Part shown: one piece after another, positions 9,473-19,719 of the stretch
Layout of the letters: the number at the start of each line of letters is the position of its first letter
How positions within the stretch are numbered: the first letter of the stretch is position 1
Source of the DNA: Pseudomonadota bacterium
GTDB lineage: Bacteria > Bdellovibrionota > Bdellovibrionia > Bdellovibrionales > Bdellovibrionaceae
Assembly (NCBI GenBank): GCA_041178425.1
Contig: JBEGVH010000009.1
Coordinates: forward strand, 192,001-256,000
Reading direction: 5' to 3'
Length of the DNA stretch: 64,000 bases
Made by a program: the position numbers and the translations under genes
Notes under the pieces: generated by a model
The model's input: only the letters and a program-made list of their open reading frames with translations
Told to the model about the DNA's origin: nothing
Database searches by the model: none

Positions 9473-10744
9473 ATGTCTACGACATCCTCTCGTCCGGCTC
9501 GCTCCAATAGACGCGTGGTTGTTACCGGTATCGGAGCTATAACTCCTCTCGGAAACAACCTTCAGGATACTTGGAATAACGCCCTCAAGGGGATGTCAGG
9601 AATTGGTACCATCACTCGCTTCCCTGCCGAACGTTTCGATGTTCGCTTTGCTGGTGAAGTGAAGGGATTCAATCCCGAACCGCATATTAACAAAAAAGAT
9701 CAAAAAAAATTGGATCTTTTCTGTCAGTATGCTTTCGTCGCAACCCATGAAGCCTTACAAATGGCTAAGCTTGAAATCACACCCGAAGTCAGCGAACGTG
9801 CGGGTTCTGTAATTGGTGTTGGGATGGGTGGCCTCCCGTCCATCGAAGACCAAATGGAGACCTTCCTTCAGAAGGGCCCCGGACGCATCAGTCCTTTTTT
9901 CGTTCCCCTTGCAATTACAAATATGGCTTCTGGTCACGTTTCAATTCGTTGGAATCTCAAAGGCCCGAGCTACACTGTCACTTCAGCCTGTGCTTCTGGC
10001 GCTCACTCAATTGGTGAGTCCGCCGAGATGATTCGTCGTGGAATTGCCGATGTTATGATCACGGGCGGCAGCGAAAGCACCGTTTGCCCTCTCGGTGTTG
10101 GTGGTTTTGCCTCAATGAAAGCACTTTCAACTCGCAATGATGATCCTACTAAAGCGAGCCGTCCTTTCGATCGAGATCGCGATGGCTTTGTTTTGGCAGA
10201 AGGTTCAGCTGTTTTAATCCTAGAAGAACTTGAATTCGCTAAAAAACGGGGTGCACCGATCTTGTGTGAACTCACTGGCTACGGCGCTTCTTCAGACGCC
10301 TACCACATGACAAACCCAGCCCCAGGCGGAGAAGGTGCTTCTAGAGCGATTAAAGCGGCTCTGAAGGACGCTGGCCTTACTCCTGAAGCTATTAGCTACG
10401 TGAATGCCCATGGAACCTCAACGCCAGCCGGCGACGGCATGGAAACTCAAGCCATCAAATCAGTTTTTGGTGATCATGCAAAAAACCTTCTCGTCAGCAG
10501 CACAAAGAGCATGACGGGCCATACTCTCGGAGCTGCAGGCGCCATCGAATCTGCGTTTTGCATTATGAGCATTGTTGACCAAAAAGTAGCCCCCACCATC
10601 AATCTTGATAATCCTTCGGAAAACTGTGACCTCGATTATGTTCCGCATGAGGCACGCACGGCAAAGATCAACCACGTCTTGAATAACAGCTTCGGATTTG
10701 GTGGAACGAACGCTTGCCTTGTTTTCTCCAAGCTTGTCGACTAG
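9473..10744 (+). CDS. fabF: 3-oxoacyl-ACP synthase II
   Basis: SACASG, NAHGTST, KSMTGH, NSFGFGGTN. Confidence 0.97.
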   Translation: MSTTSSRPARSNRRVVVTGIGAITPLGNNLQDTWNNALKGMSGIGTITRFPAERFDVRFAGEVKGFNPEPHINKKDQKKLDLFCQYAFVATHEALQMAKLEITPEVSERAGSVIGVGMGGLPSIEDQMETFLQKGPGRISPFFVPLAITNMASGHVSIRWNLKGPSYTVTSACASGAHSIGESAEMIRRGIADVMITGGSESTVCPLGVGGFASMKALSTRNDDPTKASRPFDRDRDGFVLAEGSAVLILEELEFAKKRGAPILCELTGYGASSDAYHMTNPAPGGEGASRAIKAALKDAGLTPEAISYVNAHGTSTPAGDGMETQAIKSVFGDHAKNLLVSSTKSMTGHTLGAAGAIESAFCIMSIVDQKVAPTINLDNPSENCDLDYVPHEARTAKINHVLNNSFGFGGTNACLVFSKLVD

Positions 10745-10879
10745 TGCCAGAGTTTCTGGCCCTTGGAGTATATACCCTGGGCCAATATGGACATTCTTAG
10801 TTACACCTAAAAAAAACCTACGATTGAACCTTTGAATCAGCTATATTGAGGTCCATCTTTTAACGAGATAGGATTTTTC

Positions 10880-12679
10880 ATGAGCTTAATTCAAAACGAT
10901 TTTGTGATTGAGATTGCCACCGTCAACGGCAGTGGTAGCCAATCAGCCAATAACATTATTTTACGCAGTCTTTTTAGAATGGGCATTCCCGTTGGTGGAA
11001 AAAACTTATTTCCATCAAATATCGCCGGACTTCCTACCTGGTTTACAATTCGCGCTAATCAACAAGGATACACGGCTCGTCGAGAAAATGTTGATATTTT
11101 TGTAGCCCTTAATCCGCAAACCCTCGAAGAAGACATTCCAAAAATCAAAAAGGGTGGATGGCTTTTATATCCAGAAGAAACCAAACTTCCGGCCTCAGCT
11201 GAAACCTCCGATCTCAACAAGTTACCAATTCCCTTCAAGCAATTGGTGGACCAAGCGACCGACTCCATCAAATTAAAAAAACTTTTGGTGAATATGATCT
11301 ATGTTGGAATCCTTGGTGAACTCCTTCAAATATCGAGCGAAGTTTTAGAAAAAACGGTGAGCGATCAGTTCGACGGAAAAGCCACCGCTATTGCAAGCAA
11401 TATTAAAACCCTCAATATTGGTCGAACCTACGCAAAAGAAAACCTACAATCAAAAGGGTTTCCTTATCGCGCTGTTACTATTGATAAAAACGTCGGAAAG
11501 ATTCTTATCGATGGCAACACGGCCGGTGCTCTGGGATTATTGTTCGGTGGTTGTGGTTTTGTGAGCTGGTATCCGATCACGCCCTCCACTTCACTGGTTG
11601 AGGCTTTTGCGTCTTATGCAGAAGTTCACAGAAAAAATACTGATGGCACCAATAATGTTGCCATTGTTCAGTCAGAAGATGAACTTGCAGCTATTAGCAT
11701 GGTGGCTGGTGCTGGTTGGGCTGGAGCTCGCGCAATGACAGCCACTTCCGGCCCAGGATTAAGCTTGATGGGCGAAGCAGCAGGGCTCTTTTACTACGGC
11801 GAATTGCCAGGTGTATTGTGGGACGTCCAAAGAGTGGGCCCTTCTACGGGAATGCCCACTCGTACCGCTCAGGGAGATTTACTTTCTGCCTATAGCCTCT
11901 CTCATGGAGACACGAAGCACGTTGTCCTTCTTCCCGGCTCCGCCGAAGAGTGTTTTGAATTTGGCCAAACAAGCTTAGATCTTGCCGAAACTCTTCAAAC
12001 GCTCGTGATTGTTTTGAGTGATCTCGATCTTGGGATGAACTTTTGGATGGCCGACGAGTTTAAATATCCAACGAAGCCGTTTCAACGAGGTAAAGTCTTG
12101 AGCGCTGACGAACTCAACAAAGCAAAAGACTACGCTCGTTATAAAGATGTAGATGGTGATGGTATTCCTTATCGCACCCTCCCTGGCACACAACATCCAA
12201 AAGCCAGTTATTTCTTGCGAGGTTCTGGGCACTCAGAAAAAGCTCTCTACACTGAAAACTCAGAGGCCTATCAAAAAGTAATCGATCGACTGAGCAAAAA
12301 ATACGAAACTGCAAAGACTTTAGTTCCAAAGCCAGAGGTGATCGAAAACGCGAAGGCGAATATGGGCCTAATTGCGTTTGGATCAACCTCACTTCCTATG
12401 AAGGAAGCTCTCGACACAATGGAATCAAAAGGCTTACCGCTCAATTACCTTCGAATAAAGGCTCTTCCTTTTACAAAAGAGGTGGATGAGTTCGTAGAAA
12501 AACAATCAACGATTTTTGTGGTTGAACAAAACCGCGATGGGCAAATGGCCATGCTTTTGAAGACCCACTACCCGCAAGCAGCGGCGAAGATTCGATCCGT
12601 CTTACATTATGATGGCTTGCCAATGACTGCACAAAATATCTATTCCCCATTACTTAACGAAAAAGGGTTATCACTATGA
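10880..12679 (+). CDS. 2-oxoacid:acceptor (ferredoxin) oxidoreductase alpha subunit
   Basis: YPITPS, EDELAA, TATSGPG, QRVGPSTGMPT, VEQN. Confidence 0.93.
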   Translation: MSLIQNDFVIEIATVNGSGSQSANNIILRSLFRMGIPVGGKNLFPSNIAGLPTWFTIRANQQGYTARRENVDIFVALNPQTLEEDIPKIKKGGWLLYPEETKLPASAETSDLNKLPIPFKQLVDQATDSIKLKKLLVNMIYVGILGELLQISSEVLEKTVSDQFDGKATAIASNIKTLNIGRTYAKENLQSKGFPYRAVTIDKNVGKILIDGNTAGALGLLFGGCGFVSWYPITPSTSLVEAFASYAEVHRKNTDGTNNVAIVQSEDELAAISMVAGAGWAGARAMTATSGPGLSLMGEAAGLFYYGELPGVLWDVQRVGPSTGMPTRTAQGDLLSAYSLSHGDTKHVVLLPGSAEECFEFGQTSLDLAETLQTLVIVLSDLDLGMNFWMADEFKYPTKPFQRGKVLSADELNKAKDYARYKDVDGDGIPYRTLPGTQHPKASYFLRGSGHSEKALYTENSEAYQKVIDRLSKKYETAKTLVPKPEVIENAKANMGLIAFGSTSLPMKEALDTMESKGLPLNYLRIKALPFTKEVDEFVEKQSTIFVVEQNRDGQMAMLLKTHYPQAAAKIRSVLHYDGLPMTAQNIYSPLLNEKGLSL

Positions 12680-13710
12680 GTGAAGTAGTTGCTGGACAAA
12701 ATAAAATCGGTTTAACAAAATCTGAATACGCCGGTTCAAAATCTACCCTTTGTACGGGCTGTGGTCACGACTCTATTTCGGCGAACCTCATGACCGCATT
12801 TTACCAACAGAATATACACCCTCACAATGTGATGAAGCTTTCGGGCATTGGCTGCTCTTCAAAAACACCGGCCTACTGGCTCAATCAATCCTTTGGATTC
12901 AACTCTCTGCACGGAAGAATGGCACCCGTTGCCACCGGTGCTAAATTGGTTCGCCCGCACATGCTGGCCCTTGGAGTTTCTGGAGATGGCGATACTGCGA
13001 GCATTGGCATTGGCGGCTTTATGCATCTTCTTCGTCGTAATTTACCGATGGTGTACATCGTGGCTAATAATGGCGTTTACGGACTTACTAAAGGCCAATT
13101 CTCTGCAACTTCAGATCAAGAGATGCAGCAAAAATCTGGCAAGAAAAATCCATTTCATGCCATCGACATTTGCTCCCTTGCTGTCGATGCAGGCTGCGGG
13201 TTTGTTGCTAGAACATTTTCGGGTGATGCCAAACAACTTATTGCCCTTGTGTCTGCGGCTTTTCACCACAAAGGCACAGCCGTCATCGACGTCATTTCAC
13301 CTTGCATCACCTTTGCCAATCACGATGGTTCGACGATGAGCTACACCGCCGTCAAAAATAAAAATCATCATCTTCAAGAACTCGAGTTCATTCTAGAGTC
13401 CGCAGAGTCTAAAGTGGATTACGAAGAAGGAACCACTCAAAGAGTAAAGTTTAACGACGGCACAGAGCTAGTTCTTAAAAAACTTGATTCCCGTTCTCAT
13501 GATGTATCAAATGCAGACGACGCCATTGTATTGCTTAGAAATTCTCGTGCCAAAGGCGAAATTCTCACTGGTCTCTTCTATGCTAACGAAGACGAAAAAA
13601 CACTTGTGGAAGTCTTAAATTTACCTGCAAAATCAATAGGAGATATGAACGAAGCGGATTTGCGCCCATCGGCGCAGACACTTTCGAATATCTTAGAAAA
13701 CTTCCGATAA
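12676..13710 (+). CDS. 2-oxoacid:ferredoxin oxidoreductase beta subunit
   Basis: LCTGCGH, SGIGCSS, GDGD...NNGVYGLTKGQ TPP motif, SPC; ATGA overlap with alpha. Confidence 0.93.
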   Translation: MSEVVAGQNKIGLTKSEYAGSKSTLCTGCGHDSISANLMTAFYQQNIHPHNVMKLSGIGCSSKTPAYWLNQSFGFNSLHGRMAPVATGAKLVRPHMLALGVSGDGDTASIGIGGFMHLLRRNLPMVYIVANNGVYGLTKGQFSATSDQEMQQKSGKKNPFHAIDICSLAVDAGCGFVARTFSGDAKQLIALVSAAFHHKGTAVIDVISPCITFANHDGSTMSYTAVKNKNHHLQELEFILESAESKVDYEEGTTQRVKFNDGTELVLKKLDSRSHDVSNADDAIVLLRNSRAKGEILTGLFYANEDEKTLVEVLNLPAKSIGDMNEADLRPSAQTLSNILENFR

Positions 13711-13722
13711 AGGAGTCTCAAC

Positions 13723-14895
13723 ATGAAACCATTCAGTTCACCGGATTTTTTCAACATTGAATCAATGCTTGAAAGCGAGGAGATCATGATCCGTGATACA
13801 GTTCGCGACTTTGTTAGTCGCGAGGTGATTCCGGTGATCGATGAATGTTTTATGAAAGACGAGTTTCCGCGCAAGTGGATTCCCGAGTTAGGAGCTCTCG
13901 GCGTTTTTGGTGCAACCATCAAAGGCTATGGATGCGCTGGTCTTAGTTACACAAGCTACGGACTCATCATGCAAGAACTTGAACGTGGCGACAGCGGCCT
14001 CCGTAGCGTTGTCAGTGTTCAGGGTGCACTTTGCATGCATCCGATTGCTGAGTTCGGTACCGAAGAACAAAAACAAAAGTATCTTCCTAAAATGGCCAAA
14101 GGGGAGCTGATCGGTTGCTTTGGATTAACCGAACCTGATTTTGGATCAAACCCGAGTGGCATGATTACTCGTGCCGATAAGGACGGCGATCATTACGTGA
14201 TCAATGGTTCTAAGATGTGGATCACTAACGGTGGTATTTCGGATCTGGCCATCGTTTGGGCGAAATGTCCTCAGGAAAACAACAAGGTATTGGGTTTTAT
14301 TGTTGATCGCGATACTCCTGGATTTAGCGTTCGAGACATTCATAAAAAATTTAGTCTACGCGCCTCGGTCACCTCTGAGCTTATCTTTGAAAATTGCCGT
14401 GTACCCGCCAAACAAAAGCTCAATGTGATCGGTTTAAAAGGCCCATTCTCGTGTTTAAACCACGCTCGTTATGGTATCTCTTGGGGAGCTATTGGAGCGG
14501 CAATGGCTTGCTATGATGAAGCTCTTAATTATGCTAAGACACGTATTCAATTCGACAAACCCATTGCCTCTTTTCAACTTGTCCAAGCCAAATTAGTCGA
14601 AATGTTTACCAACATCAGCAAAGATCAACTCCTTGCCTTGCAACTCGGTCGACTAAAAGACCAAGGAAAAACAATTCCTCAGCAAATCTCCATGGCAAAA
14701 ATGAATAACGTTTCAAACGCACTAAAAACCGCTCGCGTGGCGCGCGATATCTTGGGAGCATCAGGTATAACCCATGAATACCAAGTTGGCCGTCACATGA
14801 TGAACCTTGAGAGTGTGAATACGTACGAAGGCACCGAAGACATTCATCGTCTGGTACTTGGTGAGTACATCACAGGACTTCCGGCCTACCGATAG
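13723..14895 (+). CDS. gcdH: Glutaryl-CoA dehydrogenase-type acyl-CoA dehydrogenase
   Basis: ELERGDSG, GCFGLTEPDFGSNP, KMWITN, SLRASVT, NLESVNTYEGT. Confidence 0.85.
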   Translation: MKPFSSPDFFNIESMLESEEIMIRDTVRDFVSREVIPVIDECFMKDEFPRKWIPELGALGVFGATIKGYGCAGLSYTSYGLIMQELERGDSGLRSVVSVQGALCMHPIAEFGTEEQKQKYLPKMAKGELIGCFGLTEPDFGSNPSGMITRADKDGDHYVINGSKMWITNGGISDLAIVWAKCPQENNKVLGFIVDRDTPGFSVRDIHKKFSLRASVTSELIFENCRVPAKQKLNVIGLKGPFSCLNHARYGISWGAIGAAMACYDEALNYAKTRIQFDKPIASFQLVQAKLVEMFTNISKDQLLALQLGRLKDQGKTIPQQISMAKMNNVSNALKTARVARDILGASGITHEYQVGRHMMNLESVNTYEGTEDIHRLVLGEYITGLPAYR

Positions 14896-14897
14896 AG

Positions 14898-15425
14898 ATG
14901 TGCATGGTTCGACGTAGCATTGTTGGTGCGTTTAAGTACCTCATTCTAGTCACACTGATCACCGAGGCTTCACCGGCCTCGGTTTCGCTTTTTGGACTCA
15001 AGCCACTGGGCAAGATCGAGTCAACGATCGAAACTCATTGGCATGAGAACGCCCGACTACCCGCTTCGAGTGATCAACAAACTCCTCCCAAAGCTCCTCA
15101 GCCTATGGACTTTCAAACGACGTTTGGAATGACACTTAATACGGGAATGTCCGATATGGCTGAGGTTTTAAAATGCTCATCAACAATTGATCTCAACTTT
15201 TGGAGCAACCAAATCCCCAAAAGAATCCGCTCGCCTCTTTCTCTTAATATCTCACCAATCTCCACAAAAAAAACAAAAGTTGTTTTTCGAGGTGAGGTAG
15301 GTATGAATCGAACCTTTGCCGTTTCTTGGGAGACTGGACTCATCCTAGCAACCACTCAAAATTCTGAGCTACAGTTATGGACCAATCGCAATAACCCCAG
15401 ATTGCATTGGACCTTTAATTTCTAG
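14898..15425 (+). CDS. Hypothetical exported protein
   Basis: Starts 2 nt after gcdH; hydrophobic N-terminus; ends in aromatic-rich WTFNF. Confidence 0.5.
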   Translation: MCMVRRSIVGAFKYLILVTLITEASPASVSLFGLKPLGKIESTIETHWHENARLPASSDQQTPPKAPQPMDFQTTFGMTLNTGMSDMAEVLKCSSTIDLNFWSNQIPKRIRSPLSLNISPISTKKTKVVFRGEVGMNRTFAVSWETGLILATTQNSELQLWTNRNNPRLHWTFNF

Positions 15426-15613
15426 CCACTCTTGTGCATCTTCTCAATATACTGGCGAATCACCGGGCAAAGTTCTCCGTGGTGAGTGAGTGAGCAGTGC
15501 TTTGCTCGAGCGCCGAGGTCGTTGAAAACAAAAAGCTTCAAATACTCAATTTGTTGACCTGAACAGCGAAGAATCTCTCTCCCTGAATTTAAACTTAAAA
15601 GTGTTGCCCTCAT
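15422..15613 (-). CDS. Small hypothetical protein (63 aa)
   Basis: AAAGGA RBS upstream of ATG; fills an otherwise empty gap. Confidence 0.45.
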   Translation of the reverse strand: MRATLLSLNSGREILRCSGQQIEYLKLFVFNDLGARAKHCSLTHHGELCPVIRQYIEKMHKSG

Positions 15614-15859
15614 GGCATTGAGTCCTTTCCCTGAAACTAACCGTTAGTAACAGGATAGAAACAAACCTTAGACATCCACAATCCAATTGATAATTATTAT
15701 CATTTATTGGAAGGCAAATAAAACTCAACCGAAAGGGAATTGAGAATGAGCCGCCGTCGTAAACTAGGAACTGACCTTTATGTAAACTGAAAATATTTAT
15801 TGTGGCGGGTGGCTTCAGATTTGCTTGAAATACCCGTATATAAGGGACGTTGGAGTCGT

Positions 15860-16684
15860 ATGAAACTTTGGATAAAGCTATTACATCTGCTAATATTGTT
15901 ATTGTTCGCTGGTCCTGCTCCCTCTCACGCAAACGTTTGCCGCCTATGGCTCAACAAAATGCTCAACACAGATCAATACAAGAATCAAAAACTTGAGGAA
16001 CTTCGTGATGTTAGCAGCGAAATAGATCCTATTGCCACATTTTATCAACGAATCAACAAACTCACCGATCCCTCCACTGGACTTGATTACGCCCTCCCGG
16101 GCTCCCGCGAAAACAAAACTTTGATTTTTAAAGATAAAACGCTCTTGGCCTTTCATGTCTTGCGAAAAGACAATTTTTGCTCAGAACATCTAGCGATCTT
16201 TAAAGGCCGGGTTGTTGTTTTGAAGATCTTTGATCACCCCAACCAATGGGAAGGCCACGTCCATGGTTTCGAAAGTCGATTCTACACCGAAATCGATTCC
16301 ATTAATTTCCTAAAGAATGAGAAAAAAATGAGGGTTGTTGATATTATTGACCATTCGTTAAAAGACAAGATTCTAATCAAAGAATTTATCCCTGGCCTTC
16401 CTTTATCGCGCACTCGCAGAGACACGAGGAAAATTGTGCTCAATGAATCCAACATTGTTGGGTTGGCTCTGGATTATTTTATCAGTTCATCTGATTACAA
16501 AAAGATTGATGACCTCTATCGATCGGTGCACGACCGAGTCGATTTGATAAATCGAAGTGATTACACCTTTAAGAAATGGGCCCATCAGAGGCATCTGATC
16601 GCCTATATTGATCTCACAATGCCTCAAACAACTCTCTATTGGAATGGGAACTGGTATATCAACTCCCCTTACTCACTTTATTAA
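15860..16684 (+). CDS. Secreted protein with minimal protein-kinase-like fold
   Basis: Signal peptide ending PSHA; VVVLKIF (beta3 Lys), TEIDS (helix C Glu), LIKEFIPG (hinge), YIDL (catalytic-loop-like); RBS GGAG. Confidence 0.6.
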   Translation: MKLWIKLLHLLILLLFAGPAPSHANVCRLWLNKMLNTDQYKNQKLEELRDVSSEIDPIATFYQRINKLTDPSTGLDYALPGSRENKTLIFKDKTLLAFHVLRKDNFCSEHLAIFKGRVVVLKIFDHPNQWEGHVHGFESRFYTEIDSINFLKNEKKMRVVDIIDHSLKDKILIKEFIPGLPLSRTRRDTRKIVLNESNIVGLALDYFISSSDYKKIDDLYRSVHDRVDLINRSDYTFKKWAHQRHLIAYIDLTMPQTTLYWNGNWYINSPYSLY

Positions 16685-16685
16685 A

Positions 16686-17033
16686 TTAGTCTTTTAATGA
16701 TTCTTGCAATTTGGCATTAAGTGATTCTGCTGATTCAGAAATATGTTTTTTCACTTTTTTCCAATTTGCTTTAGATCCTTCTTCGATTTTATTGATTTCT
16801 GTGCGCAATTCATCTCGGTTGTTTTCGTACTCCTTTACCGTTTCTTTTTTTACCGAGTGCCCTTTTTTTCCAGCTTGAGATTTAAGTTCTTCAATCTTCT
16901 TGTCGATCGAATCGACTCGTGCCGACATCTCTTTTTTAAAGGTCTCATAATCTTTTTGTATTCCCTTGACGGTTTCAGAGGCAAAACTCTGCATACCAAG
17001 AAATAAAGCGATCACCATAATTATCGTTTTCAT
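16686..17033 (-). CDS. Small secreted coiled-coil protein
   Basis: Signal peptide ending SFA; K/E-rich helices; RBS AAGGAG. Confidence 0.8.
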   Translation of the reverse strand: MKTIIMVIALFLGMQSFASETVKGIQKDYETFKKEMSARVDSIDKKIEELKSQAGKKGHSVKKETVKEYENNRDELRTEINKIEEGSKANWKKVKKHISESAESLNAKLQESLKD

Positions 17034-17053
17034 AAAGTCTCCTTGTTTATCAA

Positions 17054-17692
17054 TTAACGATAGCTCTTTTGCAATCGGGGGCCAACTCTAAAAAAGTAAT
17101 AGCCCGCCCCAAAGAGAGCTCCTCCCAAATGGGCCCCGTGCCCGATCGGCAGACCTCCGCCTTCGGCTTGTACAAGAAGGCCCCATAAATCCAACCCAGC
17201 AAAGAGAAGAGCACCAACCAAGGCCTTCACCGGTATCAAACCAAATAATAATATAATTTGCCGAGGAAAAATCAGAGAAAAGAGCAAAATCAGACCAGAG
17301 ATGGCCCCCGAGGCTCCCAAGGCTGAGAGATCGGGCCGACTCATGATTGTTGCTGAAACGATGGCATGGCAAAGAGAGCTAAAGGCTCCTGCCCCTAAAT
17401 AAAAACAAATAAACTCTCGGCGCCCTAATAAGTTTTCGAGAAAATGGCCAAAGTTATAAAGAACATACATATTTAAAAACAAATGTAAGAATAAATTATG
17501 AGAAAAAACCGCCGTAATCAGCGTCCAAAGGCGACCCTCCGATAGACTTTGCCAGCTCACTAAAAAGTTTTCGATCATAAATCCTTCTGGCAAAAACAAA
17601 AGCCCCTGAGTACCATTCATAGAAAAAAACCAGAGACTAAAAATAATAATATTAATGATTAAAATAGTCTTCACCGCTGGAGCATTAAGCAT
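17054..17692 (-). CDS. Rhomboid intramembrane serine protease
   Basis: FSH...HLFLN, GASG (catalytic Ser), AHLGG (catalytic His). Confidence 0.93.
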   Translation of the reverse strand: MLNAPAVKTILIINIIIFSLWFFSMNGTQGLLFLPEGFMIENFLVSWQSLSEGRLWTLITAVFSHNLFLHLFLNMYVLYNFGHFLENLLGRREFICFYLGAGAFSSLCHAIVSATIMSRPDLSALGASGAISGLILLFSLIFPRQIILLFGLIPVKALVGALLFAGLDLWGLLVQAEGGGLPIGHGAHLGGALFGAGYYFFRVGPRLQKSYR

Positions 17693-19514
17693 TTAAACCC
17701 TCTATTTTCAAGCTACTCTCTCTATGATGAGCATTCCATAAATGATTGATTATTTCTTCATCGAGCGTCTCCCTCGCTAAGAGTTCCCTCGCCGCCTCTT
17801 CTATAAATTCTTCATTTTCACGAATCACGTTATTCGCCACAACCATCGCCTTTTCTAAAATGGCCTTTACTTCTAAATCAATTTCTCTTGCTGTTCCCTG
17901 ACTGATTCTCGGAGACAAGTAATCATTGCTCGGATCTAAATAAGGAGCCCGCCGAAGTTCGAAAGTCTCCAATCCCAGTGAATCACTCATACCAAATTGA
18001 ACCACCATCGACCGGGCAATGTCACTGGCCTTTGCCAGGTCATCCGCGGCGCCGGTAGAGACCGAGGTAAAAACCATCAACTCAGAGGATCTACCACCTA
18101 GGAGCACGGCAATTTTATTCATTAACTCTTTTTCATCAAGAAGATAACGATCTTCCATTGGCCGTTGTAGAGTGTAACCCAGGGCACTAAAACCCCTTGG
18201 AATGACACTGATCTTTTGCACCCGTTCAGGAACTCTCAAGGCCAGTGCAACAGTAGCATGTCCGATCTCGTGGTAGGCCACCCGCCTTTTCTCTTGAGGA
18301 CTTATCAACCTAGTCTTCTTTTCGAGCCCGGCCACGATTCTTTCTATGGCCGCGGAGAAATCCTGTTCAAAAACACTTTCGGCGTTTCTCCGAGTGGCCA
18401 CAATTGCTGCTTCATTCACCAAGTTTGCCAAATCGGCTCCACTAAAACCAGAGGTCAATGCAGCGATTTTTTTTAGATCCAGCTTAGGATCGATTTTGAC
18501 CTTCTTGGCATGCACCACTAAAATTTGAAAACGCCCCACTTGATCTGGAAGACTCAATAGAATCTGTCTATCAAAACGGCCTGCCCTCAAGAGAGCTGGA
18601 TCTAAGATTTCTGGGCGATTTGTTGCTGCTAGCATAATCACTCCCTCTGCGGAATCAAACCCATCCATTTCGGCTAACAGTTGATTGAGAGTTTGCTCTT
18701 TTTCATCGCTGGCGCCGCTACCATACCCACCAAAAGCTCTCGATTTTCCAAGTGCATCGATTTCATCGATAAACAAAATGCATGGTGCCGCTTTGCGGGC
18801 CTTTTCAAAGAGATCTCGAACTCGAGCTGCTCCCAACCCGACAAACATTTCAACAAACTCGGAACCGTTAATTGAATAAAAGGGAACTCGGGCTTCGCCT
18901 GCCACGGCTCGAGCTAATAGTGTTTTTCCAGTTCCTGGGGCTCCCACCAATAATACTCCTTTGGGGGCCCGGCCTCCAAGCCTGGTATAGCGCTTAGGAT
19001 CTTGCAGAAAATTCACAATCTCCGACAATTCTTCTCTTGCCTCGTCAATGCCTGCAACGTCATTAAAGGTTGTTTTTATCTCCGTTTCCATACTCGTCTT
19101 AGCCAGCGACTTAGTAACGGAAAGCAATCCCGTCGGAGCAGGGCCTAACCGACCCGAAATAAACTTCCAAAAGATTAAGAGCAACAATATAGGAAAAAAC
19201 CAAGACAGAAAAACCTGCCAAAACCCTTCCGCGCTTTCTGCCCGGATAGTCACCCCGTGAGCACTCAATTCATCCAGGAACTTAGCATCCTTAGGCACTA
19301 CCGATATAAAATTAGGAGCTTCTCTCCCAGAACTTTGTTTAAAGGTTCCTTGAATGCGGTCTCCTACTATAACTACTGATTCGACCGAGCCAAGCTTAAC
19401 GGAATCAAGAAACTCACTATAGGCAATGGTATTGAACACTCGCGACGAAAAAAAATAGAGATTTGCGCCATAAAGAAAAAGTATCACAAGAATAACTATA
19501 CCCCAACGTTTCAT
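17685..19514 (-). CDS. ftsH: ATP-dependent zinc metalloprotease FtsH (probably a paralogue)
   Basis: 2 TM, Walker A GAPGTGKT, Walker [39 protein letters not shown]. Confidence 0.95.
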   Translation of the reverse strand: MKRWGIVILVILFLYGANLYFFSSRVFNTIAYSEFLDSVKLGSVESVVIVGDRIQGTFKQSSGREAPNFISVVPKDAKFLDELSAHGVTIRAESAEGFWQVFLSWFFPILLLLIFWKFISGRLGPAPTGLLSVTKSLAKTSMETEIKTTFNDVAGIDEAREELSEIVNFLQDPKRYTRLGGRAPKGVLLVGAPGTGKTLLARAVAGEARVPFYSINGSEFVEMFVGLGAARVRDLFEKARKAAPCILFIDEIDALGKSRAFGGYGSGASDEKEQTLNQLLAEMDGFDSAEGVIMLAATNRPEILDPALLRAGRFDRQILLSLPDQVGRFQILVVHAKKVKIDPKLDLKKIAALTSGFSGADLANLVNEAAIVATRRNAESVFEQDFSAAIERIVAGLEKKTRLISPQEKRRVAYHEIGHATVALALRVPERVQKISVIPRGFSALGYTLQRPMEDRYLLDEKELMNKIAVLLGGRSSELMVFTSVSTGAADDLAKASDIARSMVVQFGMSDSLGLETFELRRAPYLDPSNDYLSPRISQGTAREIDLEVKAILEKAMVVANNVIRENEEFIEEAARELLARETLDEEIINHLWNAHHRESSLKIEGLNA

Positions 19515-19719
19515 GAAACCTCCTGCAACCACCCTTAACACGGCTCTCTATCGCTTGAAATCGTGTGGGACATCCAAACCCAATGGGAGAGAAACCTCCC
19601 GTTCAAATTACACAGAAATCTTAGCTTTTTCTTTGCAGTCTTGGACTTCATCCGCTAGGTTTTAGGACAAATGACGCCCGAGAAAAAATTCTGTTTTTTC
19701 AATTCAGGAAGGATGACCT

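Noticed and set aside
9210..10744. acpP-fabF as a type II PKS cluster
   Set aside because: Canonical housekeeping fatty acid synthesis context; no chain-length factor or tailoring genes
12848..13339. 163-aa alternative-frame ORF and similar nested or antisense ORFs throughout
   Set aside because: Fully inside well-supported genes with no independent signals
15710..15750. GGCAAA...CCGAAAGG riboswitch-like fragment
   Set aside because: Lacks the downstream ACGCAAA and the second stem
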